64,000 nucleotides of DNA. It comes from Felis catus (Eukaryota). Location of the stretch: NCBI RefSeq assembly GCF_018350175.1, contig NC_058368.1, positions 71,612,001-71,676,000 of the forward strand, in the 5' to 3' direction. Shown here piece after piece: positions 13,069 through 25,698 of the stretch; position 1 is the first letter of the stretch; every line of letters begins with the position of its first letter. The notes below the pieces were generated by a model, which saw only the letters and a program-made list of their open reading frames with translations, was not told where the DNA came from and did not search any database. Position numbers and translations under genes: made by a program.

Positions 13069-16000
13069 GGTAATCAGCCTTCTGAAAATAATTTTGCAAC
13101 GGACTTTCATTTCAGTTGGAAGAAATCCCCATTTTCCTGTATATTTAGCACCATCATACACTCGTGGCATTTTAATCAAAGCCAGGATTTTTTATAACTT
13201 GTTTTAATTTTAAAATGTCTGTCTTTAGGATGTTGTCGAACAACAGTATTAAGTACACATATTCTCTCATAATAATGGCAGAGTGCACCTGCCAGCTTTA
13301 GACTGAGAGCTGCTGAAATGGCATAAAGTCAGTAAGGAGCAGAGTTGTTTTGTTAGTCCTTCGATACGAGAAACAAAGCAGAAAATGAGGCAACCCAAGG
13401 GGAGACTTTCCTGTCGCAATCAATCAAGATTTCTTCTGAGGTGGGTTCCAGTTAAGCAGACATCTCAGATTTGCATCAGAAATATTCGTCTTCTTGATTA
13501 CAGTAACAGTGGAGACCTGAACCAGAGGCAGGCTGTGTCCCCACTTAGGTAATTACCACTTTGTGACTTACTAGTTTGTGAGAACAGGTCCAGTAATAGA
13601 TTGGCAGCAAGTACCTGTTGCTGCTTTTCTTGCCACTTAACCTGTTCAGTATTAGTGAGACAGGCTTGGCGGTATTTTTGTGGGGCCAAGACGAGGGAGA
13701 TGTACTCGGTGAGGGCACTGACCTTTAGCAGCAGGGGAAGTAGGTGTTTGGGACTGTTGTTGTCATGCATGGGGTCTTGGGCACAAAACTATATACTCTA
13801 ACGTGCACCAATGAAGACAAAATTTGTGATCATTAGTGGGAGTCTCCCCCCCCCCCCCCCGCCACTGGCCCCAGAGTTAGCCCTGATTTTTTTCCTCCTT
13901 GCACGTGCTCCTGCAGGGGTTCCGGGGGAAGGTTCCCAAGCAGTTGGATGGCCACTGATCATGAGACACAGGTGCACCGTTTCAGAGTGTGGCATTCATA
14001 CCCCCCTCTGCCCCCAGACCATCTGGAACTGAGCCCACAGCTGATCCTGGGGAAAGTGCATGTAAAATTTGGCAAGAGACCTTCAGTTTTCATTTCTTGA
14101 AGAAACAGATTTGGAGCCTCTTTTGCTCTTAGGCATTCTAGATGGCATTGGAATGGGCCCTCCTGACATGTTTATCTGGCAGTGACTTGTATGCCCCGTA
14201 CAGCCCAGTATAATAATGATAATGGTGTCTTTCCCTGGCAGAGGCCCTGGCTCGACTGATGGATTTTCCAGTTTCTGGATATCTTGATGGACACTCGTGA
14301 AATCACGACAATAATTACATTTTCATGTTTTATCGCAGTTTACTTGACAAGATGCCAGTTTTTCACCTAGACCTCAGATGGTATTTTAAAGCAGGTATAA
14401 ATAAATTTCTGCATTCATTACTTAACATTTCTAAACTTTAAATTACAAAATATTACAAACATAAAGTTACAGAGAATAATACAAGTGCTCATGCTCTCTG
14501 CATACCTTTCCTGTATTTCCACTTGTACTTAACCATAAAACATTGCTCACACTGTGGACTTGCCCGTGGCCCCTCCCTACCCTCATCAGATTCCTGTCCT
14601 GTCTTCTTCAAGTGATGGCTGCCCTGAATTTGGCCTTCTTATCTTTTCCAGGTAACATTCACTTTTCAGTGTTTAGGTAAATTTTTATTGGAGGTAACCA
14701 CCTGAGAATTTTTACAGTGTAACTTAATGATAATTATAAGAGAAATATTTTACAGATCAATCAATAAATACTGTAGGTGAGTCTTCTGCAAGTTGGGCAT
14801 TTGATTTTATTTTTCAAGAAATGATCCACTTGGGATTAGAGGCTATGTTATCTTCATTTTAACCATTTTTGAAGATGGCAGTTCTCGAGATCTTTTCTCA
14901 CCCTTTTGCTTAAAAAAAAAGAGAAAAAAGCCCAAAACACTGAATCACTGAGGGCTTTAAGCCACCATATTTCACAGAGGTAGAGGATCCAGACTGATCC
15001 CTTAAAGATACTGTGAAGTTCTTCTCTAACTCTGGGGGCTTTGGCTCCAGTTCCTGGCTGCTTAGAGGGCAGTAAGGAGAAATGTTTTTCATTTTAAGGA
15101 AAACTAGACTTTTATCTTGGCCACGACTCTGTATTCTCTCCCGGAGCCTCTCTGCTCCCTCGTCCACTGTACAGACCCAGGGAGGCAGCTCTGGGCGGGG
15201 GCGGGGGGGGGGGGAGCAGGGCCAGTGCTGCGCAGGCAGGGGCCTGGAGTCCCCCCAGCCGGCAGCCTTGGCTGAGGTGTCACCTCTCCTTGCTCCTGGG
15301 TGAGCAGGCGGCTAGAGCACAGACCCATTGCTGGAGGCCTTAGACTAGAGATAAGGGGTTTGGTGGCATTTCTTTCACCCGCCTCCTCTTTCTTTGTAAA
15401 TTTGATGACGGTTCCTTCCATCACTGCTTAAATACTAGACCATCTCCCCGGGTCTCCCTCCCTCCCTCTTTACATGAAGATGTTGGGATGTGAATGCACA
15501 TTTCTTCTTCAGGAAATATCAGGGGATATTTACCAGCCTATCTTACCGGCTCAGAAAGAGGAAGTTATTATAATCAGATTCTAGCAGTGCCTTTTAACCA
15601 AATCTGAGAGGCCTTTTTCTTGTGGCTGTTAACTGCGTCTTTCTTCAGATCTAAGGGCCGTAAAATGCATTGCATTCAGGCACCTGTGTTCTAAGTAGAA
15701 CAGCCTTTAAAAATGTAATTGAAGGATTTTCACTTTTGTGGAGTCGTCAGCAGGGTTGATATTGATCCGCGCTTTCGGGTGGCCCAGAAGGGGAGCCTGC
15801 AGCAGGCCGGTAAGCCCTCCGAGCCTTCTGTCTAATTTGGCAGAAAAACACAGAATGTAGGACAACAAAAGAAGGCTCCCTTTTCCATAAAAATTCGTCC
15901 TCCCACCCACCCCTCTTCCCCAAAAAGGGGACTTAATTTTTCAGCTGCACACAGTGATTTGGTGCTCACTCTTGCATTGAAACAGTTGCTGTCTGAACAG

Positions 16001-19000
16001 GCAGGAAACAGTTTTCTTTTAATTGCTGAAATCATTCGGAAGTGCTGCGTGCCCTGCTTCTATACAGCAGATGCTGTGCATTAATTGGCCTGCGTAGAAG
16101 TGACCCAGGGTTCCTTGCAGCGGGCCCAATTTTAGGCAGAGGGTTTAAATAGCTTATTTATTATTGTGTATAATCTGGCGTACATTATGTGCTCCTGCAC
16201 GTGTCGTATTTCATGGTCTGCAGTTTCTAATGTCATGTGGGCTTCAAAACCTGTGTTTCTCTGGTAATGTACTAGCAGCAGGTAAGCTCAAAATACCATC
16301 CATCAGGAGCTAATTTTTTATCCAGATACCACAATGACTGATGAACCTGTCTTTTGTGTGAATGTTTAGCACAGTAGAAAGCCATATGCCACTGGCACCG
16401 TTTCCGGGGCCTTCTTTACAGTTGCCGGAGAGGAGGCTTACAGGGGGAAAACCCTCCGTGACATTATGTCCTCTCTCCTCCACTTAAAGGATAACACCTT
16501 TAAAACAGCCCTGGTTCTGGACGACAAAAGAGGGTAGGACCCATCTCAGAGGAAAGCCGACTCCCGTAATCATTTTCTTTATCAGAAATAGGACTGCACA
16601 CTCTTAATAGGGAACCTTGTTTTGTTTCTCCCCGTCTGTTCCAAACAGACCTTCGCCCATTAGAAGGGCCTCCCCTGTGTGGGAAGAGCACAGCTGTTAC
16701 TGTAAACCTCATCCCGGCACTGTATCACCCCCATTTTGTGGCTCTGAAGGATGAAATTGAGAAATGGGATACTGTGCAGTCAGCCTTTACATCTCCAATT
16801 TTAGGCCTTTGCCATCATTTTCATGCTTTTATTCCAAATCAAATAACATTAGTGAGCTACACCACCTTCTGATGAATGTCTGCCCTCGAGCACAGCTTTC
16901 AAGTCTGGACTTTTGGGGGCTCCCTTTTATGTTTGGTGGAGGTCTTTCTTCCCCCTCTCTCTGCTCGCGCTCTTCCTGCACTTTTCTTTGAGCCTTCTTC
17001 GTGCATTCGCAGTCAGCACGATACAAGTTGCCAGACGTGTCCCCGTCTTCGCGTGCTTTCCAAGAGGGACGTGTGCTGGAGAAGGGTCTGTGTCTTTTCA
17101 TCTTTGGGGAAGGAGGGAAGCGAACTTGGGAGAAGGATATTGGGGGCTTTAATCAGAAATAAGAAGGGGTTTAAATCATTAGCACAACAAAGCATACTAT
17201 AAGCTTGAAGATAAAAGTCTCTGGGGAAAGAGTCCTCTGAAAATAAATGGAACTTGATAGATTTCCATATCATTTATAACTTCCCTTAATTACACTTGGA
17301 AGACTTGCCAGTAAAACTGGAAAATTGGCAGCCTATATCCATTAGAGTCATTTTGCCGACCATGGCAAGCAGCTGGCTTTACTGGATTTTATTTCCCATC
17401 ACTCACAATTAATCATCAGCTGGAGATGTCTGAAACTCTTCAGCGCAGAGCACTGCCGGGTGACATTCAGGCCTCCTAAACATGCTAAAATCTGCTGAGT
17501 AAATGGGCCGAGTTTTCTCTCCAGCTTACTCATTTTGGAGCGAGGCAGGCCCCCGCTTAATGAGCGCTGCGCTCTGATAATCGGATGCGAATGTGAACCT
17601 TGACCCCATGTCAAAGGAGAGGACGCAATAAGCCGGATGAAAGATACAGGACTCAGGCCTCCAAACTTTACACCAATTAGACAGGGAGCGGAGAAGGACA
17701 TCAGGCTGACTAGGTTTATCGAAAAGACTTGCGAGGCTTGTGACCATTTTGTAAGCCCAACGTCGGAGACCTCCTGTCACAATCAGTGAGCCTTTATCAG
17801 ATGATGCACAAAAGTGTTAGAGAAGTGTGTGCACGGAGCCTTCGGGAGCCGCGCGCTCACGTGGAGCCGTCGGGGCCAAGTTCCCCACGTCAGCGCTCCG
17901 GGCCCATGCCGCGCCTGCCTGGGCTTCGCAGGCACCTGGGGAAATGGGGGCGGCGTCACCGCGACCTCGTGAGCCCCGTGGGCAGGCCAGCCACCGCCGC
18001 TGGACTGGAGGCTCCCAGATCGTGGGGTGGGGGCGGGGGGCCCTGGGATGCCCTTGGGTGCGGCGGGCCAAGCCCGGGTGGGGTGCCCTGACAGCGTGGC
18101 CCGCGGTCCCCGACCTTGGCATCCACCCCACGTAGCTCCTCCGGCTGGGGTTGTTGAGGGATGACATAATGTGAATTTAGAACACGTCCGCGTGTGCGTG
18201 TGACTCGATTCTGCTGACCAAGACGGACCTCTCTGTTTTGTGGGGTCTCAAGGGACAACTTCCAAGACTTCTTTCTCTTTCAGGGATGAATGAGTGAAAA
18301 CAGACTAGAAAACCCATTGCTAAGTGAACAGAGAGGGAGAAGTGAGTACTTCACATTCCACCCGGACCGAAGTAGAGATGCAGACTGGCAGGTGGAGGGA
18401 AGGGACCAGGGGGGGAGCAGGAGGGAGAGGAACCGGATGTGGGTTCGGGGCAGTGCTGCCAGTGGCCCCTTGGAATCCGAGGCGCTTTCTTTGAAGTCCT
18501 TTTAATCAAACTGCCAGAGGGACTTAATAAGAGTATTTTCACTTTGGGACTTGCCCCCCTCTCCTGCTTCTCTCTGTCTAAATTCAAGGTTTTGTTTTTC
18601 TGAGTAGTGTGATTGGGGACCTCTGCTTGAGTCACCTGTATGGCACCTCTTTTCACATCCCGCAGGCTCTGGGCGCCCGGGGCCAGCCAGGCAGGATGGC
18701 CAGGGGTGGCAAGAGCAGAATCCTGTGAACTTGCCCCGCACTCCAGCGGGCCCTGGTCTAAGCACCAGTGTGACCAGCTCATGTCGGGTCGTAGCCCGGG
18801 CTCCGCTGCCCTTTAGCACAGGTTCTATGGTATCCTTGTCAGGTTGGTCTTGCCCCCTTGGTGTGACCGCTGGAAACTTCCGGAGTTTATTTCTTTTTCA
18901 TATTTGCATTAATTGTGACTTCACTTGAAGATCCCGGAAAGAACGGTGAGGGGCGCTCGGTCTGGCCTGCAGACCCTGAGCCGGGCCGAGCAGCCGACAG

Positions 19001-20404
19001 GGAACAGACCTGCTACGGGGGGTGGGGGGTGGGGTGTGCCCTCCCCCACGAAGCCCACAGGGCCCGGGGCCGGGGAGCCCTGGGCTCTCGGTGGGAGGCC
19101 GGGTGGGGGGCAAGCTCACACAGGTCCCTGCCATGGGCACTAGGCCAGCTGTGAAGGAGAGAGCTACCAGCACCTGGGGGGGGGGGGGGGGGGCGGGGGG
19201 AGGGGGGCTGGACAGGGGAGAGCTGGTTAGTTTGGATAGAATTTACATTCTGTTGTGTTGGGTGTCAGATCCATTTCCAGAAATCCCCCCTGGCATCTTT
19301 TGCCAGGATGCCCAGTCGTCAGGTGGGGACACCGAGCAGAGAGGCCAGCTCTGGCCCCTCAGCCCCCAGGAGACCGTGGTGCAGGCCCACCAGGGGTTTG
19401 TGAGCGGGGCCCCTCCAAGGGAGTCGCCCTTCTCCCGTCTCGCTGGGCCCCGCCTGCCTCTGAAAAGAAAAACGGCCCCGGAACGACGACTGGAGGGGGC
19501 ACGTGTGCCAACGCCCACCTGCTGCCCCCCTGCCCTGCGATGAGCGGCCCTCACGTGCGCATCCTCCGCTCTCCGCGGGATGCAGATGCCAGGAGAAAAT
19601 GAAGCAAAACGGGCAGTGAGCACAGAGCTTCAAAGCCCAGCTCCCCAGCTCAGCGTCTCTCCTCCGTGCCAGCCCCGCAGCTTTGGCAGCCCCTGTCCTA
19701 GGTTTCTGTGCCAGGAGAAGGCAGCCCACCACCTGATCAGAGGAGGAAAGGAATGCACGGGGCGCAGGCAGCCCCGACTGCCAGCGAGACAGCTTGTGCC
19801 ACACAGGGGGCCGGGGGCAAGGGTGGGGGGGAGCTCGGAGATCATCTGGGGATTTCAGGAAAGAACATTCTCCAGGCGCTCCTGCCACACTGGGCCAGCG
19901 CCACCTTGGTGGTGTGAGTGCCCTGGGGCCCCACCCCAGGATGCCCACCAGCACCCCAGAAGAGCCAGCCAGTTGCCCTGGGAAACAACTTTACCATTTC
20001 AAAGACTGGGAGGAGGCCCTTTTTCAGAGGAGAAAAATCCAGCCCGCTCCTTGATCCTTCCCCATCAAGGGCAGCGAAGAGAATAAACGGAGCGGCCTTT
20101 GGTCACAGCTGCCTGCTGCTGGAAGCCCCAGGCTTAGCCCCGGGAGCTCATGCCAGCTCCACCTGGACTGGCCCCGCCACAAAAGGCAGGTGAAGCTTCA
20201 GCCAGTGCCTGTGGGAGCTACCGGTCTCCTTGCAAGGACCGGGCAGAGCTTGAGAAATCCCTCCCTGTGTTGGAAGGCACTTTCCAGGAGCCACCTGGTT
20301 GTTACTTGGCGTGTCCTGCAGAAGTTGAGACCGTGGTCCCCATGGCTGGCTGCTGTTCCCGGCACACACCCCCCCCCCCCCCCAAGGCGATAGACAGGAA
20401 CACT

Positions 20405-20650
20405 ATTTTTTGGTCACAGCTTTCCTGAGATAAAATTCACATCCAGTGCAGTTTGGCCCCTTACAGCATGCACTTGGTGGTTGTCATGGCTTCACAGTTA
20501 CGGGTGCAACCGTCACAGCATTTTCCTCACCCCTAAAAGAAATGCTGTGTCCACCAGCGGTCACTCCCCTCTGCCTCCCAGCCCCCAGAACCCCCAGATT
20601 TCTCTGTATGTAGAGATTTGCCAAATCTGGACACGTCACATTAAGTGGAA
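20405..20650 (-). mobile_element. Old L1M 3'-end fragment
   Basis: cagctttcctgagataaaattcacat...catttttcctcaccccta resembles an antisense L1MB/MC 3' UTR. Confidence 0.5.
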
Positions 20651-20970
20651 AACATCCCATTTTGCCACATCTCTGTAGCAAAGGCAGATTCAGAGACTGA
20701 TTCCCAGGGGAGACCCCACAACCAGCCCCCCTAATCCTCCAACATCAGGGATTTTTTTCCAGTGAGGATTTGATGATGATAGAGAAAATTGTCCTTCTCT
20801 GTTGTCCCCCAAGAAGAACTTGGAACATGAAGTATTAGAGGTCGTTGCTGCTGTTTGGATAACATTTCAGAGCATTTGACAAAGAATCTCTTGATGGCTT
20901 CACTCTTGAGCATTGTTGCAAAATTACAACGATTTTAAAACGTGTGTCCTTTTTCTGTTTGCTCTTCCAG

Positions 20971-21048
20971 GTAGCAGAAGGCCAGGAAATTTGTGTGATT
21001 GAAGCCATGAAAATGCAGAACAGTATGACAGCTGGGAAAACTGGCAAG
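20971..21048 (+). CDS. PCCA: PCCA penultimate exon (78 nt, phase 0/0): [26 protein letters not shown], containing the biotinylated Lys of the AMKM motif (codon 21010-21012)
   Basis: EAMKM biotin-attachment motif. Strong polypyrimidine acceptor gctcttccag| and donor AAG|gtacgt. In frame with both flanking exons. Confidence 0.97.
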
Positions 21049-23660
21049 GTACGTCCCCAAGTTCCCAGTAGCCCTTGCCAGCTCTGTGACAGGAAGCAGA
21101 ATTTCCACCCTTGGATCTTGGATGGGTAGGCCTGGAAGGGACCGTGGAGGTGACCCCTGCCAGCACACCAGGACATTAAGATTGGGAGCTCTTTTCACTT
21201 TGCATCCGTGTGTCCCTGCCTCGTGGAGAGTCTTTGCGATGTGCAGGTAGTCCAAGAACAATTGTTCTTCACCTTAATGTCTTTCAAATTAAGGACTCTT
21301 TAATTTTTAATGTTTACATCTGTCTTGGAGGCAGTTAGTTATCTGAGACTCAGGTGACACAGCAGGAAATGGTTTTAGAGATTGCAAAAATTAATGTAAC
21401 TCTTCAAGATAATTTCTCCGCAAAGAGAACAATTCAATGTTAGATCAAGAGGAGCTGAAAGCCCCATGCACACATGTGGGATGGATGGCATGATTTAGGG
21501 AGGAGAAAAGGTGCTATATTTGTCCTGAAACTTGTTAAGAGTAAAACTTCTTAAATGTGGTTTCTCCTTGGAGAATAAAGAAAAGTCCTTTTAATAATAA
21601 CTTCATTATTCCCCCTGCTTCTAAAAAGATGCCACTCGTAGCAGAATGAGCCTTTTCTGAGGAGGGTTTGGTTTGGAAGTGTCCGGTGTCCTGGAGGAGG
21701 CGGGGTGGGGTGGGGAGGGGAGAGGGCCATAGGCATCCTGCCCTGCGGCCATGCCTGGGAAGTGAGACCAAGCCTTGGGGACATGGGTGCCCTGGCAGAG
21801 AAGTGCTGTCAACTCACAGTGTCACTTGCAGAGAGATACAGCCTCTGTCACCCCAAAAAGAAATGAGGCTGATGTGCAGACAGTAGGCCTGGCTGGGGGG
21901 ACAGAGGCCCAGTTTATGGTCATTGGGCCTGGAGCTGGCTGGTCAGGCTGGAAGAGGCTGTCGTGGGCTGTGCCCAGGCTCCGTGGTGTTTGGGAGAGGA
22001 GAATCGCATGATTTGGGAATTCTGCTCTCGACATCTTGATTTCTTTTCTAAAAGCGGACCAACAATCGTTTCTGTTCCTGTAGAAATCGTTGCATTTGCT
22101 CCCTAGGGTTAATTTAACATTTATGCTGCATTAGTGTCAAGAAATTTCCAGGCATGATGAAGACGTGGCCTTATCTGGGGGGATCCAGAACATGTCTATG
22201 TCGTTGCGTGCCAAGGGCCCGTGTTGCTGGACCGAAGTACTAACACAAAAATGAACGCTGTCTTAGCTCCCTGAGGGAGTGTGGAGCCCTGGTCTGTCAG
22301 TGTGTTCTGTGCCCCGTGGCCTCACGGTGGCTTCTGGGTTTCATGTGGAACTCAGCTGATCCCTGGCCATCGGCGGCCCAGAGTTGCTTTCAGGGTGTCG
22401 ATGGGCTCTGGGTGAACTTGTACTCTGGCCTGACCCCTTTCAGCTGGAGTCTTTCCTGCCCATCCCATTTCCTTCTGCCCCTCCCCAGCAGGGCGCCCAG
22501 GAGTGGCCAGAGGCCCCTGCACAGAGGAGCAGGCCCCGGCGAGCCTGGGGATTGGCAGCTCTTATCTGGAGGGCCATTTTTCCTCCCGGAGAAACGTTCA
22601 CAATGGAAACCGGTCCTCATGTAGTAATCGCAGCATGAAAGATACACGCTATGCAAACATCGGAGGCTTCAGATCAGAAAGGGCGGCCGCTTCAGTGCCA
22701 ATAGCACCTACCAGGCCTTTGAAGTGGCCACTGCACATGTTCACATCATGAAGGCCCCAGGGCTTGAATTCCAGGGAGAAAAGGTCCCTCTAGCCCTCCG
22801 CTTCCCAGTGGAGCAGTGGGGACGCAGGCCAGGGCCCCGAACCCGCTGTCCGGGACGTTCTTCCTGTTTGCCAGGTGCTCAGATGGCCAGGAAGCTCTAG
22901 CCCATCGTTTGTTTCCATGCCTGAGCAGAGTCTCCAAGAAATCAAAAGACTGCTTCATCTCCACTCCAGTATCTCCCTGCTCATCTTAAATCGGAACACA
23001 AATTCGGGAAAGCAAAACTTGATTAAAATTGAGAGGAATCAGTAGAATGTAAGGGCACAGTGGCACAGCTGTGGGAGCTCAGTGCCTGTTCCACATTAGG
23101 CCATACAGTACTATCCCTGCAGCCACATGTCTTTGGAGGATTTCATTTCCCGTCAGAAGGAAGTTTATGATCTCAGGCTAAGGAGTTTGTTTTGGCTCGT
23201 GTATTATTGTGTGGTATTTTTGGTTTTGGGTTTAACACTAAACCAAGTATATACCGTTAGCTCTCAGAGACCATTTCTAGCACCTGATGCTGTCGAAGAG
23301 ACTGGGAGGGCTGGCTGTTGAGAGCTTATCCGGCATAAACACACTGAGCTTTTAGGACACTGCACAGACCCGCGGGTGCACCCAGCGCTGGGCCCAGGCA
23401 GACAGCAGCAGAGACCCCCTGCGCCAGCAGCTTTTAGGACAGCAGGGGACAGGCCGGGGCGGGGGAAGGTGGCGAGTCTCAGCCCCCAGCAAGGATGTCC
23501 CTATGCTCACAGTTTCCTCTGCCGGCAGGAGAGGACTGTTGTACCTGTGCTCCGGAGCCTGCCAGGCTGCCTCCTCGTTTCCAGAAAAGGAAGATGAGAT
23601 CTCCCTCGTGGTCTACTTAATAATTTTTACCCCCGCCTCCTTTTTTTTTTTTAATTCAAG

Positions 23661-23729
23661 GTGAAATCAGTGCGTTGTAAAGCTGGAGACACAGTTGGAG
23701 AAGGAGATCTGCTCGTGGAACTGGAATGA
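23661..23729 (+). CDS. PCCA: PCCA terminal coding exon: VKSVRCKAGDTVGEGDLLVELE*
   Basis: Poly-T tract plus ttcaag| acceptor. Translation ends GDTVGEGDLLVELE-TGA, the known PCCA C-terminus. Confidence 0.96.
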   Translation: MKSVRCKAGDTVGEGDLLVELE

Positions 23730-23973
23730 GTATTTATAGCCTTTCCATCATCACCCAATTTAATTAGCCATTTGTATTATTATTCTTTCACACTCAATTT
23801 AGTCAAGCATTTTGCAGGAACACCCCTGTGCAGCAGATTTTACATGGTCATATTTATTCCACATATAGTCAAAACCAACATTTCTGCCAAAATATCACCA
23901 ATGGAAATTTTTATTGATATAAATACTTGTACATATGATTTGTACTTCTGCTGTGAGATTTCCTAGTGTCAAA

Positions 23974-23987
23974 ATTAAATCAATAAA
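23974..23987 (+). terminator. PCCA: PCCA polyadenylation signals (ATTAAA 23974-23979 and AATAAA 23982-23987)
   Basis: Tandem hexamers about 250 nt after the stop codon, with a T-rich element (ccctttttttg) downstream. Confidence 0.8.
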
Positions 23988-25223
23988 ACTGAGCATTTGT
24001 CTAAATATTAGCTTGCCCTTTTTTTGAATGAAGACAATGTACATAAGAGGCTACTGGCTGTGCCAGTAGACTTTAAATACTAGCGTTTCATTGTGATCCT
24101 TTAAAACATTTTATATAAACCCCACTTCTTTACCTCGGTTTCATGAAATTATCATTTGCCACTGCATACTCTGATTACCTACTTCTTCCTGGTTGAGGAC
24201 CTAACTCCCATTTGTGGCACTTCATGATTCTGGGAGCCCGCGCAGTACCCACAGTGGGTAGAGGTCTGGAGCTCCCTCCTGCGCTGCTTTTGGCTCTCAT
24301 TGGGCAGGTGAATGAGCCGGCAGCGTGGCGGGGGGCGGGGGGGGGGGGCACCTTAGTGACAGCCGCTCACCGCTCACCGGGTCCCTCTTGCCCGGCCCAC
24401 ATCCTCAGGGCTTTGCTGGGGCTCCCTCCCCTGGGAGTGGTGGGTGTGGCTGCCACAAGCCCATCAGCTGATACCCATCCTTGCCTTTTTGTGTTTTTGT
24501 GAAGCAAGTTTCCCGTTAAGAAAAAGGGGCTAAAAATAATGATGATGTTTTTGTGCCAGATGCAGTTAGCGATCACAGTGTACCATTAAGTTGAAGAGTG
24601 AGTGAGCTCTCCCAGCGGAGGACGAGGTCACTGAGGATCAGCAGCTGCGAATGCGGTTGCTTCTGCAATTCTTGGAATCCATTTCCTACTTCGCTGGTAA
24701 GGAGGCAGAGGCAGAGTCGTGCGCGGATTCGAAGCGCCGCTGACAGATTATCAGATGGAGGTGGGTAGTAATTGGTACTTCGTGCCTCGCTAGAATTATT
24801 TTAAGTGCTGTTTGTATTTGGAAGCTAAGCTTCCGTCAGGCCTGAAGAACAAATTACTAATGTGTCGGTTCTTCCTTGAAAGGCCCGCCCCGCAATGCTG
24901 CTCCTCGGGGCCCCAGGCCCCGGCTCACATGAGCTCCGTCTGCAGTCACGGTGCTCAGCACCTGCCATCAAGTAGGTGCTCAGGACTTTGCTGGGTTCCA
25001 GTGAAAAGAACCTTCTGCCAAATAAGGAGATGCAAAGGAAAAAAAAAAAAAAAGGCCGACAACAGTACCAGCACTTTTAAATTTGGTTTCCTAAAATACC
25101 CGGTTTAATTTTACATGAACATCTTTAGTAAATCCTTCCTTAATAAGCTTGATCTGAAAACTCAATGACGTTTTATAGAGTCTAGAACTACCCCAAAACA
25201 CAGTGTGTTTTTCTTCAGTTTCT

Positions 25224-25229
25224 TTTATT
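25224..25229 (-). terminator. GGACT: Proximal GGACT polyadenylation signal AATAAA
   Basis: TTTATT on + about 470 nt past the stop codon. A GT-rich element (tgtgttttgggg) follows on the minus strand. Confidence 0.65.
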
Positions 25230-25698
25230 ATACCGAGATAATCAAAATCGGTTAAAAAAATTACTTTTCTTGCTGCTACAAGTTAGAATCAATACAGCAG
25301 GGCTGCTAAAAATCTAGCTGCAACACAAAGTCTACATTTTAAATGTTATCTTCAGATCAAAGCAAAGCAAAACATGACATATGAATTCGGGAAATGTCAT
25401 TTAGGGGAATTAAAATCCTGAATTTCCTTATCCGATGTATTCGAGCCCATGGCTGCCTTTAAGCAGCAAAAGCAACAAAGCGCTACCGGAGAGACAGACT
25501 TCAGGCGCAGGCTTGTGACCAGTGTGTCAGGAGACTGCGGAAAGCAGCTGTGACTGAAGAAGAGATCGTCCCCTTTCCCACACACTGAGTGTACAAACAC
25601 TTGTTTCAAAGGGCATTATTATGCTTCCACCTTCAGCGAGTGCAGGCCAGGCTGGTGTCCCCGACTGATCACCAGGGCTCTGTCCACCTTGGCCCTTC

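Noticed and set aside
19022..20086. Long ORFs (173, 211 and 168 aa) in the GC-rich intron segment
   Set aside because: They overlap in several frames on both strands, are Pro/Gly/Arg-biased and have no recognisable domain. This is expected from stop-codon scarcity in GC-rich DNA.
20965..20978. CAG|GTAGCA as a recursive splice site
   Set aside because: The GT is simply the Val codon starting a true exon, and the donor match beyond GTA is poor.
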